Notes under the pieces: generated by a model
What the model saw: the letters and a program-made list of their open reading frames with translations, nothing else
What the model was told of the DNA's origin: nothing
The model's database searches: none
In this document: positions 63,735 to 64,000 of the stretch, one piece after another
Layout: every line of letters begins with the position of its first letter
Position numbering within the stretch: the stretch's first letter is position 1
Translations under genes and position numbers: made by a program
Source of the DNA: Octopus sinensis
Taxonomy: Eukaryota
Direction: 5' to 3'
NCBI RefSeq assembly: GCF_006345805.1
Contig: NW_021830466.1
Coordinates: 1-64,000, forward strand
DNA length: 64,000 nucleotides

Positions 63735-64000
63735 CACTGTTCTGCTGTTAGTGGAATATCAACAAATATGTACTCCATCCAGTTGGATGTGAGCTACTTT
63801 AAGTTTCATGTTCCAATAGTGCAATAATCAATACGAGCTTTTATAACTTGCTGTGTGCTATCTGTAATCTGAAGCTGAAAGTTTACCGGATAATACACGA
63901 CACGCTATGTAAACTCGTCCGATTACTGAACTATCGAAGTACGAAACTGACATTAGCTGACACTTAAACCCAAGAGCATATGTTGCTAGTTAACCACTTG

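Overview
Eukaryotic, AT-rich window full of microsatellites and transposons. The SINE, LINE and MITE families look like those of an octopus genome (inferred from repeat content, not verified). One complete protein-coding gene can be assembled by hand on the minus strand: a 7-exon heterotrimeric G-protein alpha subunit, join(56959-56842, 52399-52215, 43715-43450, 20966-20838, 19233-19104, 16615-16462, 14202-14018). It is 1167 nt, 388 aa, and all six introns are GT-AG with matching phases. The gene is intact but strongly divergent: P-loop [10 protein letters not shown]3 DVAGQ, no Gly2, a ~36-37 aa longer helical domain, a remodelled alpha5 helix, a Gi/o-like CGxY tail and a Gq-like 185-nt exon 2. 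It fits no classical family cleanly and is the best candidate for novel biology, possibly a fast-exchanging or self-activating Galpha. Its introns hold a 5'-truncated R4/Dong-type RLE LINE, a Penelope-like element (RT + GIY-YIG) with a long CA-rich tail, Tc1 and pogo transposons (a mariner lies just upstream), several MITEs and many SINEs. They also hold several minimal hammerhead-ribozyme-like motifs, one with a non-canonical core in sense orientation in intron 1, and three near-perfect inverted repeats that would form long dsRNA in the pre-mRNA. SINE copies left of about 15.4 kb have lost their CpGs while copies to the right keep them, which suggests a methylation-domain boundary. Almost all ORFs in the supplied track are microsatellite translations.
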